Shown here: positions 1-11,697 of the stretch, in pieces
How positions within the stretch are numbered: position 1 is the first letter of the stretch
Layout: each line of letters starts with the position of its first letter
Assembly: GCA_000004985.1 (NCBI GenBank)
Contig: GG738862.1
Source: Naegleria gruberi
Taxonomy: Eukaryota
Direction: 5' to 3' (one strand)
Length of the DNA stretch: 64,000 nucleotides
Program-made: the position numbers and the translations under genes
The notes under the pieces: model-generated
What the model saw: the letters and a program-made list of their open reading frames with translations, nothing else
What the model was told of the DNA's origin: nothing
The model's database searches: none

Positions 1-725
1 AAACTGAAACAGCCCTTAATTGAACTTTGTCCATTTTTGGAAGGAGATGTACAAGTTGGAATTTTTGATATTTTTGAAGGTTGACTTTCCAAAAAAGCAT
101 AGTTTTGTTGCATGTTATGTGGCATTTGCGTTAGTAATGAATTATTTTGCTGTTCTTGAACCAGAGTTGGTACTTGACTTAAATACATGTGTGTTTGATT
201 GTTCTTTCTTGATTGGTGACTTGATTTGATTATCTTACTGGTTGATTGGTTAGGTCTGGTAACAGTCCATCTGAATTGTTGATCATGTTGAGTTGGAGGT
301 GAAATTGGACGGGTTGGTTGTGGTGAGGTGACAGTTTGTTTGGCAGGTTGATTTGTCATGACATTTGGCAGCATGTAGTGTGAATAAACTGTTGGTTGTT
401 GAGGAGATAATGTTGGTGAGGTACTGTTAGCCTTTCTTTGTGGAGTCTTTCCTCTAAAACCTGCCAGTTGTCCATTTGCTGACATGTTCTTTGTGAGCTG
501 GCTCTGTGTTGTAGTTGGCTGCACTGGTTTGTTGACAGTAAATGAGGAACAGAATTGGTGTTGTGAAGAATTAGAATTTGGATCGAAAAAGTTAGTGGTA
601 GTTGTAGTTGTTCTGGTAATAATTTTGCTATTCGAAACAGTTTGTTTGTTATTAGAATCCTTCATGGTCTTCATCTTGAGAGCGGCAGAAGGAGAGCTCT
701 GAAAGTCAATAATACTAATCTTCAT
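1..725 (-). CDS. Partial (3'-truncated by window edge) S/T/Q/P-rich low-complexity protein; ATG at 723-725 (minus)
   Basis: Reverse-complement frame is open without a stop from 725 to position 1 (>240 codons, MKISIIDFQSSPSAALKMKTMKDSNNKQ...), which is highly improbable by chance in AT-rich DNA. It is absent from the ORF track because it runs off the window edge. Confidence 0.45.
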   Translation of the reverse strand, partial: MKISIIDFQSSPSAALKMKTMKDSNNKQTVSNSKIITRTTTTTTNFFDPNSNSSQHQFCSSFTVNKPVQPTTTQSQLTKNMSANGQLAGFRGKTPQRKANSTSPTLSPQQPTVYSHYMLPNVMTNQPAKQTVTSPQPTRPISPPTQHDQQFRWTVTRPNQSTSKIIKSSHQSRKNNQTHMYLSQVPTLVQEQQNNSLLTQMPHNMQQNYAFLESQPSKISKIPTCTSPSKNGQSSIKGCFS

Positions 726-1337
726 ATTGTGCTGATTTTTTTAAAGTGATTTCTTCAATAAAAAACCAAAACAGCAGTCAGTTGTCACTTTATGGCGATC
801 CAACCATTACCAAAGAGAAAGTAGAGACTAAAATATGAGTGCGTTAAAAAACCAAATCAATACACAAGGATCCAAAGTTGACATTTTAACAAACAATTAG
901 GGATTACCACTATCACCCTTTCGAATAACAATTGGGTTCACGTCGCCATATCATTGGCAACAAACCGCAAACTACCATCTCTGCCTAGGAAGAAATACCT
1001 AATCTGAACTATCTATCACTCACTCATAGAAGGAGTTGACTTTTTAATTGAAGAAATTTTTTCGTATCTCTTGTTACAAATGACTATTCAAGAAAAAGTG
1101 GTGGAAGGTTGATAACTTGGTAATGGAATCGCTACATGATTTTCACATTGCTTGTAAGGAAATGACCATATGATTATTGTGCACATGGATGTTTGTTGTC
1201 TTTTAGAGTAGTAACTTGTTTGAGTTGTGCTTGTTTATTTACAGTTTTTAATACTTACTTTCGTAAAGAGGTTGGAGAGAGATGAAATTTTGTTAAATTA
1301 ATAGAGATATAAGAATGTGAAAGAATAATACTCTTTT

Positions 1338-4300
1338 TTATTGTAATTTAGCAAAATTTCTTGGTGCTTTTCGATATTTGTTGTGGACAAATTCCAAAAA
1401 GTCATTCACCAATATTTCATTAGAATCGTGCATGTCCATAAAATCAGAAGGGAGAGAGTGAACTGGAATGCTTAATTGATAAAATTGATTTCTATTGTTG
1501 GAGGTTTGAGGAATTGGTTGTGGTGGAGGTGGACCGTGTGGATTAGAGATGGGAAATGAAGATGTTTCACTTTTAAAAACTTGTTGTTGTTGTTGAGGAT
1601 TGATCATACTTGAGGGTGGACTTGATCTGTTATTAGGTGGTGGCGGTGCAGTCATTGGTGAATTAGAGAAAATTGAGGAAAGAGAAGGTAATGAAGAGGA
1701 TCCAGTGGACACAGGTGATTGTTTTACATGAGACTGGTGTGATTGGGTTGGATATGGTGGGCTTCCAGAAGAAGATCTAACCTCTGATGGATGTTGTTGT
1801 TGTGAATAATAATGATTATTTTGAGAAGGGTTACCATTAACATTATTACTATCAAATATTAAGGAACTTGCACTGTAACTTGGCCTATAGGTTGATTGTT
1901 GTTGTGGAGGTGTTCCAAAAGATGAACTTACTGCATGGTTAATAGGTTGATTGTTTGAATAATAACCATGTCCTCCACCAGCAGAGGATGCAGCAGGACT
2001 ACCAGAAACATGATTAAATGATTGATTCGAATGACGTTGAGGTGGTTGATGATTCTTATAACCATCCATATAATACGGTGAAGGGGCTTGTTCTGGATGC
2101 AAGGGCGACACCACCACGTTATAGTGTTGTGGTGATTGTTGTTGGTGTGAAATACTGCTGTTATTGGCAAGCTGAGACAATTGGTTTCTAGAATCCCTTA
2201 AAGGTGGTGTTTGCTGGTGGTATGTTGTTGTTGTATGATGAGGTGTATGTGTTGGGGGATATGGATTGTAAGCATGTGAATGATTCGCCGAATGTTGCGA
2301 AAAGGTAACTGAAGGGGATTCATCACAAATTAAGGAATTTGATTTGGTGTTAGCGCCATCGCTTAGTGAAGAGGCCACTTGCCTTAATTTGGCACCGATT
2401 GGAGAGGAAGAAGATCCAGAATTAGAGGAAGTCAAACCACCATAACCTCCTCCACCTTGAGGGGTTGCACTGATACTTGTTGGATTTCCTGTGAGAGTAC
2501 CTTTTGCAGTCTTGATTCTCCGTTTGTCGAAGAAGAAGGAACGTGCAGTAAGGCAAACAATAGTTGGACTAAGCAAGAGTGAAATTCGTGTCTGTTGTTG
2601 TTGTTGTTGTTGCTGTAGTTCACTTAGATACGGGAGTGCAATCATTTCAAATCTAACTTTCAATCTCTTGTTCACAACCTTGACTGTCTTTCTTTCCAAA
2701 GAGAAATCCAAATTACGAGAGTAGACCAAGAATGAATCCACTGGTTTTTCCTCCTGTTCATTATTCTTTAAATATTTCTGATAGCATTGAATTGGATCTA
2801 GAGAAAATTCATGAACTAGCACTTCCTTTGCTGTAAATTCAGCATTCTTATAGAGTATTTGGTATTTGATTGGTGAAATAATGGAAGGATTTAAATTACC
2901 AGATGAAAAATCATCGAAAATTGTTTTAAATTGATTCAGAGTTTGTTCCTTAATTTTCACCCATAAATGAAGAACTACTTGCTGATTTTCATACCATGTT
3001 AAACCTTGTGTTTCTGAAGTATCTGGTGAATTTCTTCCACAAGAAGATGCAGAACTGGTTGAATCAGTACTCTTTCCACTTTCAAAATTTGTAAAAACTC
3101 CATTTGGTGTGCATTTAATATAGTCAATTCGAGTTAAATTACTATTATTATTTGCAGAAGAACTGCTCGATGATACACCATTCAATATAGATCCTTCAGA
3201 AGAATTAACACCAGTATTAACAGTAGCAGAAGTGGCAGTATTACTGTTCACTGAATCATAATTTCCACAAGAATTTAAATTATTTGCTATTGTGGAATTT
3301 GAGGTAGTGCCTGTCGCAGATAACAAGGATGGATTGTAATAACCATCTGAAAATAGCTGTCGCATATCACTATTAGAAAGATGCAACTCAAATTCTAACA
3401 TTTCATGCATGTGACATGTCATCCTCTCCACAAGTCTTTTAATGTGTTGATCATTTTCAATCATCGAAATAACATTATTTTGATGATATTGTTGTTGTGA
3501 TGTAATATTATTACCGTTATTTGAGTAGGAATGATCAGTCATCTGATTGTGGCTAAGTGATGATGGATTTGATTGTTGTTGTTGACCCATCATATTTAAA
3601 GAATTATTGGGAGAAGGATCCACGGCAAACGTTTGATTTGTTGTTGATCTATAAACTATATTTGAATACATAGTTTGTTCACTACCACACTGTCCATTGT
3701 TATTAGTATTAGTATTAGTATTCACATGTGGTGATTGCATCCTATTTTGTTGATTATTGTAATATGATTGTTGTCCTGTTGTTGGTGGAGGAGGATTTGA
3801 TGATGATGGCAACACGTGATGATGGTGGTGTGAATTTGTTTTGTTTTCCAAAACGGAACCGTCTTGCTGTTGTGAAACTCTTTGTTGAATCACTATGGGA
3901 GAACACATGTTCGAATCTTGGTGAATGGTAGGCAATGAACTATAGCTCGATTGAATTTCACAGGACATATTTGTGGCCTTACTACCTAATGTGAGATCAC
4001 AAAGATCGGTGCTATGAAAGCTCTTTGAAGAGTTGGCAGGTTGTTGTTGCCTTTCATTCATAGATGGTTGTTGGTTGGATATATGTGATGAGGCGGTGAA
4101 GTTTTTTGGAGTTGGAGATGATTGGATTCGTAGTATAGAAAGATTGCTACCATGCATGGTTGTAGGCTGAGGTGGAGAATGGAAACTTTTTGGAAAAGAA
4201 TCCTTATATAAGGATGTTGATGAAGCATGTGGGGAAGTCTGATAAGATGCAATTACATTCATATTGTTTGCTTGATTATTGGAAGTAGTTTGATTTAAGG

Positions 4301-4451
4301 GTTGTTGTGTTGAGTTGAGATGGTGATGGGAATATGTTGATGTTATTCTTCTTAAGGATCCTTCTTCTGCTTCTTCTTGTATTGCTGGGAATGAATTATT
4401 TGGAGAGTGTTGTTGTAGTGGGGAATTGTCCATCATGAATCTATAACTCAA
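1338..4451 (-). CDS. Large Q/N/S-rich low-complexity protein (1037 aa), probable nuclear/regulatory protein with a structured central domain (…RFEMIALPYLSEL…)
   Basis: Uninterrupted 1037-codon ORF with poly-Q, poly-N and His runs. The central ~150 aa is non-low-complexity. No family assignment possible by eye. Confidence 0.7.
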   Translation of the reverse strand: MSYRFMMDNSPLQQHSPNNSFPAIQEEAEEGSLRRITSTYSHHHLNSTQQPLNQTTSNNQANNMNVIASYQTSPHASSTSLYKDSFPKSFHSPPQPTTMHGSNLSILRIQSSPTPKNFTASSHISNQQPSMNERQQQPANSSKSFHSTDLCDLTLGSKATNMSCEIQSSYSSLPTIHQDSNMCSPIVIQQRVSQQQDGSVLENKTNSHHHHHVLPSSSNPPPPTTGQQSYYNNQQNRMQSPHVNTNTNTNNNGQCGSEQTMYSNIVYRSTTNQTFAVDPSPNNSLNMMGQQQQSNPSSLSHNQMTDHSYSNNGNNITSQQQYHQNNVISMIENDQHIKRLVERMTCHMHEMLEFELHLSNSDMRQLFSDGYYNPSLLSATGTTSNSTIANNLNSCGNYDSVNSNTATSATVNTGVNSSEGSILNGVSSSSSSANNNSNLTRIDYIKCTPNGVFTNFESGKSTDSTSSASSCGRNSPDTSETQGLTWYENQQVVLHLWVKIKEQTLNQFKTIFDDFSSGNLNPSIISPIKYQILYKNAEFTAKEVLVHEFSLDPIQCYQKYLKNNEQEEKPVDSFLVYSRNLDFSLERKTVKVVNKRLKVRFEMIALPYLSELQQQQQQQQTRISLLLSPTIVCLTARSFFFDKRRIKTAKGTLTGNPTSISATPQGGGGYGGLTSSNSGSSSSPIGAKLRQVASSLSDGANTKSNSLICDESPSVTFSQHSANHSHAYNPYPPTHTPHHTTTTYHQQTPPLRDSRNQLSQLANNSSISHQQQSPQHYNVVVSPLHPEQAPSPYYMDGYKNHQPPQRHSNQSFNHVSGSPAASSAGGGHGYYSNNQPINHAVSSSFGTPPQQQSTYRPSYSASSLIFDSNNVNGNPSQNNHYYSQQQHPSEVRSSSGSPPYPTQSHQSHVKQSPVSTGSSSLPSLSSIFSNSPMTAPPPPNNRSSPPSSMINPQQQQQVFKSETSSFPISNPHGPPPPQPIPQTSNNRNQFYQLSIPVHSLPSDFMDMHDSNEILVNDFLEFVHNKYRKAPRNFAKLQ

Positions 4452-6116
4452 TGCTTACAAATATTAATGTCTTCAGCGGAACTCAATATAGTAGAAAGGA
4501 GATGTTCTTGCAAAGGCTTGGCTGCCTACTGAGAGATTTTGAGCAATATAAATTGGTAATGCACAATGGCAAATAAATTAGCAAAAGTGATGGAAGACAG
4601 TTTGATTCAGTCGTTGTTGTCGTCGAAAGATTACCCGAGGGAGAGTTTTATTGAGGGTCGGGTTGAGAAAATTGTTGAATTCAAAGTTTGATCCAAAATA
4701 CAGTCAAAATAGTAGTGATGACGATATTATTGTTGTTGTATTGGATTGGAGGTAAGGTTGCGTGTTGAGGTGTTTTATTCGTTTTCGCACCAAACCATGA
4801 ATTGAGGCAGATTGCGGTCGGTGCCAACAACAACAATAAAAAAAACCACAGCAAGAGCCGTAATTAAGTTACAGGCGAAGAACGAGTATTGATACTACCC
4901 TCTAGAAATGTACTTACCTTATTTAATGCTACTGTCGGTTCGCTAAGGCGCAAACTGTAATGAATATGGGCACACTTTTACAAGTCCAGATATATGTACC
5001 GTAATCTTGAGATTAAAATTAAAAAGGAACAACGTTGGGATTATGGAATTCAGGCTTTATGAACAATGCAAAAAGGTAAAATTGAGAGAAAAGCTTGTTG
5101 TGATGAAGAGAATTTGTCAGAGCCAATTTTTGTGTTGAAGAGGATGACACAATTTTGAATGAGGAGAAGAAGGTTTGGTTTCTTTTTTTTGTTGTTTTGT
5201 GGCAACATCAATGATCGAACAAAATCAGGTCAATTGTCAATAATTAAATAAGCTTCAGACGGTATTTAGTTTCATGAACCAATGATGTAATGACATGTTA
5301 CAAGCCATATCTGCAACATTTCCATACAATTTTGCTTTTGGTAGTGAAAGGATCAAATAAAGAATTTGTAATTGACAAAACCACTCAAGACGTGGACAAA
5401 CACTACTCTCTCAGATTGGAAGAAAAGTTCGCAACTCATCTGTTAAGCAACATAAAACCATTTCATCACATTGTCAACAAACAAGATAACAACAGCAAAC
5501 TTGGTTTTCTCTCTCTTCACTTGTGAAAATCCCCCCATCACGCAACCTTACCAACAGAAGCAAAAACTATACCATAGCAAAATATGAAGTGACTTTTCGC
5601 TGATTAAATACAATACCTTCGAGCACTTTAATAAGGTAGCCCGAATTATGAGGATATTTCCACTACAGTGTTTATTCCTCTCAATGATACTTCAAGCTTC
5701 TCAACAAACGGCGAAAGTAAGGCTACCAAATTCTCCTATGGAAATATACCTTCCTTATTTCTCCTTGGCAAGTTCTTCTTTGGGATTTGCAACTTTGTTT
5801 GGTCGTCTGTTAAGCGATTGAAATCAAAGGAGCATGTTGAAAATATTCCGTGTAAATACATATGCGATGTTAGCAAATCAAAATTGGATGTTTTTTTCAA
5901 TTTGCCAAACAGCCCTGTGGTGATTAGAATATAAATGACCTTAAGGACAGGATTCTGAATGTCAGAATACTGTTTCAGTCTGTTGCAGTTGCTTTTTTAT
6001 TGTTAAGCTTTCTTAATTGTTTGGCTAACAACTTTGCTAATGAGAAGGTTAACTATTGGATTCTTAGGTTATGGCGCCAAAAGAAAAAACCGTTTTGTTA
6101 TTTTAAAAAAAAAAAA

Positions 6117-7285
6117 ATGAAAAAAGTTATTCAAGACGAATCAGACCACGACGATGAATACGAACCAGAGGAAAATACTCCAATGGACGATGAAGAAGAA
6201 GTAGAGGAAGAAACAACATCTTCATCACAAGCAAGTAGTAGTAATAGTAGTATTAATAATATTGCTGGATCTAGTAGTAATGTTGATGCTGATGATGAAG
6301 ATGAGAATGCCTATGTGATGGGTATCGATGAAGCCGGAAGAGGTATTGTAGTTTATATTTAATTATTGAATATTAACAACTTATTGCGATGATACGTTTA
6401 CTTTAAAATACAATAATTCATCATCTTCATCATTTAAACTTGATGAAAATAGGACCTGTTCTTGGACCACTTGTCTATGCTTGCATGTTTTGTAAATCCA
6501 AGTATAATACTGATAATTTCCTGAAGAAAACTTTCCATGTTAATGATTCTAAAAAACTGACAGCCAAAATGAGAGAAAAGATCTTCAAGACACTCAAGGA
6601 AAATTCAAAAATTGTACACTACATTACTTGTATTGTTCAGTCAGATGAAATTTCACACAAAATGCTCTCGAGGAAAAAGTATAATCTCAACTTAATTTCT
6701 CACGATTGTGCCATTCATCTTATCAAGACAGCATCAGAAACTCTCAGTAAAAAGGGAAAGTATTTGAAAGAGGTTTATATTGATACAGTTGGTGATCCAA
6801 AAAAGTATCAAGCCAAGCTACAAGAAAAATTCCCAGAAATTGAATCCATAGTGGTTGATAAGAAGGCTGATTCCAAATATCCAGTGGTTGGTGGTGCTTC
6901 AATTGTTGCCAAGGTGAAGAGAGATGAAATTGTGGAGGAAATACAGTCATTGAAATATTCTAAACTGAAAATGGGAAGTGGTTACACTTCAGATAAGTAT
7001 ACCAAGGATTTTTTGAATAAGGCATTGGATAAAGTTTTTGGATACCACCACACAGATGTAAGATTCAGTTGGTCTACCATAAAAAAAATTTTAGATGATA
7101 GTGCAGTATCAGTTGAGTGGGAGGATGATGGAATGGATGACGGCACAAATGAAGATGAATTCGAATCTCCTTTTGAAACCAAGCAACAGACCAAATTGTC
7201 TTTCCACATTTCAGCAGCGGAGAAACAAAGACACAGAATTGATTTTATGGCAAATAGAAATATTGAACTGGTTTCAGAATTTTAA
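6117..7285 (+). CDS. Ribonuclease H2 subunit A (RNase HII family); 2 exons join(6117..6342,6453..7285), intron 6343..6452 (GTATTG…AG, 110 nt)
   Basis: Exon 1 ends in the catalytic motif GIDEAGRG and exon 2 continues PVLGPLVYA, restoring the canonical GIDEAGRGPVLGP motif with correct phase. An acidic N-terminal extension is present. Start 6117 chosen as the in-frame ATG after an A-run. Confidence 0.75.
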
Positions 7286-7601
7286 TTTTTACAAAATTTT
7301 GGAAATTTTGTAAAAATACACAATTATTTCAACAATTTAATCTGAGTCGATAGGACCAGCAACCAAACTTTTTGATTCAATTTGGACTTTTCCCTTCTCT
7401 TTTGTTGATTCTTTCCACGTTCCTCATCAATTTTATAGAGTGCATCAATTCTAACTTTCTCCAATTCTTCGCTATCGATGATATTGCGGATCATGAGATG
7501 AGATCGGCAGAGTTTCATCATCTGCATCTATCCTCATCAGCCTTTCTTTGCTTGTTGCATTTTTTTCTTGTTGAGCAAGGATTTTGTAATCAATTAAAAA
7601 A

Positions 7602-8797
7602 ATGGGAAACCAGCAACCAAGGCATGGTAGTGTTTCTTCATCATCGGAATCATTAACAACTAATAGAACAAGTAACAATTTTCTTCCCAATGAAATTTAT
7701 TTAGAAATTATGAGCTATATGGACAGTGGGCAAATAATTAAAAATTGTTCTTTAATTTCCAAGCAATGGTGGACCATGATCAAACAACACTGTTCTTTTA
7801 GAATTATTCTCCGATATAAACTTGATATGATTCATGTAAAATCAATGAGCAAGTGTAGATTCTTGGAAAATATTAAAAGCATTGAAATTAATGCAACATA
7901 TGAGAATCATACTGAAAGATTGAAAATATATCAAGAACTATTAAGAGTTATGGGAAGGATAAAGAATTTGCATTTCTTTCCATTAATTCATTGATGATCA
8001 ATCCAAAACAAGCTGAATTGATATTGAATTTGAAAGGATTACAATATCTGAATATTGGAAGGAACAATATTGATGATGCTACTATTTGCAAAATTAGCAA
8101 AATGGATAAATTGACATCTCTAAATATTGAATCAATACATATAGGAATTGAAGGATTTAAGGCAGTATGTGGGATGAAACAATTGACAGCATTATATACC
8201 TGTTTCAATGTCGAAGTTCATACAAACGATGTAGTCAAACTAATTTCTTTATCATTACCTAATTTAACACTTTTGGATATTCAAGCAAGTTATCTAAAGG
8301 AACAAGAAGCAAAATATTTGAGTCAACTGGTAAATCTAAAATCACTGAATGTTAGATTTAACTTTCTTGGAGACGAAGGAATGCAATATATTAGTAAATT
8401 GGAAAATTTAACATTTCTGAATATTGCTCATAATATTATAACACCTGAAGGAGCAAGACAATTTAAGGAGCTGAAACACCTGACGAATCTCAATTTAAAA
8501 GGATGTGGACTTGGTGAAAAGGGATTTGAGGCACTCAAAATTAATGAACTCTGTAATTTGACAATATTAAATATTAGTGCTAATAACATTGGTTTAAAGC
8601 AAGTTCAATTCATTTGTAAGATGACTCAATTGATATCACTCGATACCAGTGAAAATCTCATTGACATAGATGGTTCCCAAATAATTAGTGAAAGGCTGTT
8701 AAATTTAAGAGAACTTGTAATGGATGAGATTGCTTTTGATGAGGAAGCAATCTCTAATATGCCTCGATTGATCTCTGTGGAATTGTTTCAAAGATGA
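7602..8797 (+). CDS. F-box-like / RNI-type leucine-rich-repeat protein (paralog A); reading frame shifts by one between 7916 and 7994 (ORFs 7602..7994 and 7991..8797)
   Basis: N-terminal F-box-like motif (LPNEIYLEIMSYM) followed by about 24-aa LRRs with the L..L.I..N.I.DEG motif, the same architecture as the single-ORF paralogs at 41135 and 45493. Both frames are open in the 7916-7994 overlap and no plausible intron is present, so this is a frameshift (pseudogene or sequence error). Confidence 0.55.
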
Positions 8798-8916
8798 AGG
8801 AGATTTTAGACATCTGACAACGTTTTGGTGTTCAATGGTTTTGGTGAAACCTTGCCACTTTGTAGTTAGGCGAGTTGTGAGTTGACTAAAATAATTTATG
8901 AAAATTACGAAAAAAA

Positions 8917-9852
8917 ATGTCATTGATGAATCAAGATGGGGACTGCTGTTGTACGGTGGACTTGATTGATTTCTCGAGTGGTGGTTGCAATAGTGAATCA
9001 TATCAAGATCCAATGATCGGAATGTTGAAACAAAAATTTAGATCACCAAAGCGAATTGCCTTCTCCAACAAATTTGAACAATTCAAAAGTATTGAATTAG
9101 AAGGTGATGATGTGTTTGATGTTAGGATTTCTCGGTCCTGCTCATTGATAATTGCCGTTAACAACAACTGTTTTGTTTTTATAGATTATGAAACATTGGA
9201 AATCAAGCGACAAGTAGAAACTGAAGAAGAATGCATGTATTTCGAACTTGAGGAAGATTATGATTATTGTGGAAATGATGCCTTGTTGATTAATTACAAT
9301 AGGAGTGTTTCGAAATATGATTTGAAACAATTTATTACAGAAGGGGAGAGTTGTAAACCCATTTGGACCTATTGTACAGGCATTGTTACAAGCCAACCTG
9401 TTAGTGTGATGATTTTGGATGGAAAAAAAGTTGTGGTCTTTAATGAGGATAGCTGTATGGCCTTTCTTGATACCAAGATAGGAACAAAGCTAATAGAGTA
9501 CACTATCAAATTGGAGGGCTCTATTTCTGGATGCATTGAACCTGATCGTAGGAAACCAAACACTCTTTATCTCTTCGTGAAGGAAATGATGAGATTTGAA
9601 TATGAGAATGGGAATTGGAAAAGTACCTCATTTACTACCGATCATAGTAATATTGATGGATTATGCATGGATAGAGTTTCTGGTGTTCTTTATTTTAGTG
9701 GATATTGTGAGACCAAATGGAGCATTTCTGCATATACAACTTCTGGAACATTTATTGGAACACATTATGTCATTTGTGGTGGTTTTTGCATTGACGAGAG
9801 AACAGGATTAATGTACATGGCAGAATCGAACAAGATTTCAATTGTGAAATAA
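8917..9852 (+). CDS. Hypothetical protein (311 aa), Cys-rich N-terminus
   Basis: Clean 311-codon ORF with ATG in an A-rich context. No recognisable family. Confidence 0.55.
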   Translation: MSLMNQDGDCCCTVDLIDFSSGGCNSESYQDPMIGMLKQKFRSPKRIAFSNKFEQFKSIELEGDDVFDVRISRSCSLIIAVNNNCFVFIDYETLEIKRQVETEEECMYFELEEDYDYCGNDALLINYNRSVSKYDLKQFITEGESCKPIWTYCTGIVTSQPVSVMILDGKKVVVFNEDSCMAFLDTKIGTKLIEYTIKLEGSISGCIEPDRRKPNTLYLFVKEMMRFEYENGNWKSTSFTTDHSNIDGLCMDRVSGVLYFSGYCETKWSISAYTTSGTFIGTHYVICGGFCIDERTGLMYMAESNKISIVK

Positions 9853-10665
9853 TGGGGGAGACAACCTGCACATTATGCTTATCCCTGGATAACTGCTCGA
9901 TAGACCACCGTCAGCTTGTTCCCGCCAAGTCCTGACTTTGTTATGTGGGGATAAGCATATTGTGCTGGCTTCAGCTACCACTGTCAGCCAATAATGCACA
10001 GTTGAACATTTTTTGACCCATTTTCTTTATTATCTATTGAAATTCTTGTTCAATACTCGCAATTAAAGTTCAATGTAATAATGTCACTTCTGTGTTTGCT
10101 CCATGTTCAACTATTTCAAAGAAGTCTAATCATGAAAAAACAAACAACGACCATAATTCAGTTTTCAAAAAACATCCATCGAGAAAGGTTTTTAAGATTT
10201 GTTCGAATTTCCACTCTTTGGTTTCTTCATACTTACCTTGAAGGACATTTCAGTGATCATGCAGACTGAAATGTGAATCTGGAAACTCTCCTCCTTGCAC
10301 TCAGAGGATGAGTAGCCAGAGTTTGGTCAATAATCAAAGTGGTTGTTGCACTCCTTCTCAATTTTTTCCTGTGAGGATTCATCTGGTATGATTTCTCGCT
10401 CTGTTAACAAATAGAAATTCAATGAAAATATGTGTTGAAGTGGTCTTGCATTCGAATAGTTGCTGCAACGAAGAATCTCCAACAAGTCCAAGTTACCTTG
10501 TATTGGCCTTCACTTGCTGGATTATTTAATACCAACTGAACCCAAATACATGGTGATAGATTTGCTGAAGCTACTGAATAATTCATCAAAATTTCAAAAG
10601 CTCAAGCTGTGAGTCATTTTTTATATCTTAAATAAACGTTGGATTTAAAGTGTTAATTTGAAAAA

Positions 10666-10783
10666 GACTACAGCACCACAGGTTCCCAAGTTGTCTCCAA
10701 CCTCAGTACTGATGTGGCTCGACGATGCTTAACTTCTCAAATCGGACGGGATGAGGTGCATTCATCGTGATATGGCCGTAGCC
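10666..10783 (-). rRNA. 5S ribosomal RNA, copy 1
   Basis: Reverse complement reads GGCTACGGCCATATCACGATGAATGCACCTCATCCCGTCCGATTTGAGAAGTTAAGCATCG…GGTTGGAGACAACTTGGGAACCTGTGGTGCTGTAGTC. The ends pair as helix I, box C (GAAGTTAAGC) is present, and a T5 run follows the 3' end (pol III terminator). Confidence 0.9.
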
Positions 10784-11697
10784 ATTCATTTCTTCAAAAT
10801 GTTAAACTTCAATGTAGAATCCAACAGTTTGCTTTAAGCACCTACCAAATCTGTTCTTTGTATTCAACAACTCCTGTTCACACAACCCAGACCAAAAAAT
10901 CTAGGAAATCAATTTGGAATTTTCAACATTACGGACAATTCCAATCCAACAACTAACTGCACACCTCATTCCACAAACACTGTTCTTTTGAAAAAAAAAC
11001 CTTTAAATGAAACGAAAACAAGCAGCTCGTATCTTGAAAGCATTCCTATCTCTGTTGAGGATTCTCATTCTACATTTCTATCCACAACTGTTTGGTCAAT
11101 TCCAGAGCAAAGTGGCGCAAGTTGTGGAGGAGAAGAAGGGTCAATTGATATTGAAAAGGAAGGCACTCAAACAATTCCTCCAGAAATTATATACCATCCT
11201 CTTGTTTAGAATGTTATTGAGGAAGAGGAAAAGTAGATTCACAATGATCGGAATTAGAAAATTTACTACTCCACAACAACAACAACAACAATCTAATGAT
11301 GGAGCAGTAAGAACATTAACTGCATTGGCCAATAACTAGGAAGGGAAATATTGGATAAGAAAAGAATCAAAGTGTTGCTGAGAAGTTGAGAATGAGAATT
11401 GTAAAGCGTGAAGAATCATGTGATGAAGGTTCAAGTGAAGTATTTCGTGGATTCTCAATCAATATATCTCTAGAGAGAAGATGCTGATTTCAAATAGTTT
11501 GGATAATGGTGCATTATAATGATGAAGATAATGAGAAAATTGGATATTCGAATATCTGGATAAGAAAGGTATTGGATAAGAGTGCATTAGTCAACTTGTA
11601 ATATTGAGCAGGTTGAAACTAGTTGAAGATATGATAATTTACAATTTGTAATATTTTGTAATTGTTGAAATTAATTAAATAAAAATTATTAAAAAAA

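Noticed and set aside
1928-4252. Several 60–80 aa ORFs nested in or antisense to the 1338-4451 gene (1928..2170, 2432..2623, 2491..2724, 3728..3931, 4058..4252)
   Set aside because: These are alternate-frame or antisense artefacts of a long low-complexity coding region. They have no independent start context.
7324-7527. 67-aa minus-strand ORF between RNase H2A and the F-box/LRR gene
   Set aside because: It lies entirely in what should be the 3'/5' UTR interval of the flanking plus-strand genes and has no recognisable domain. It is too short to call without transcript evidence.
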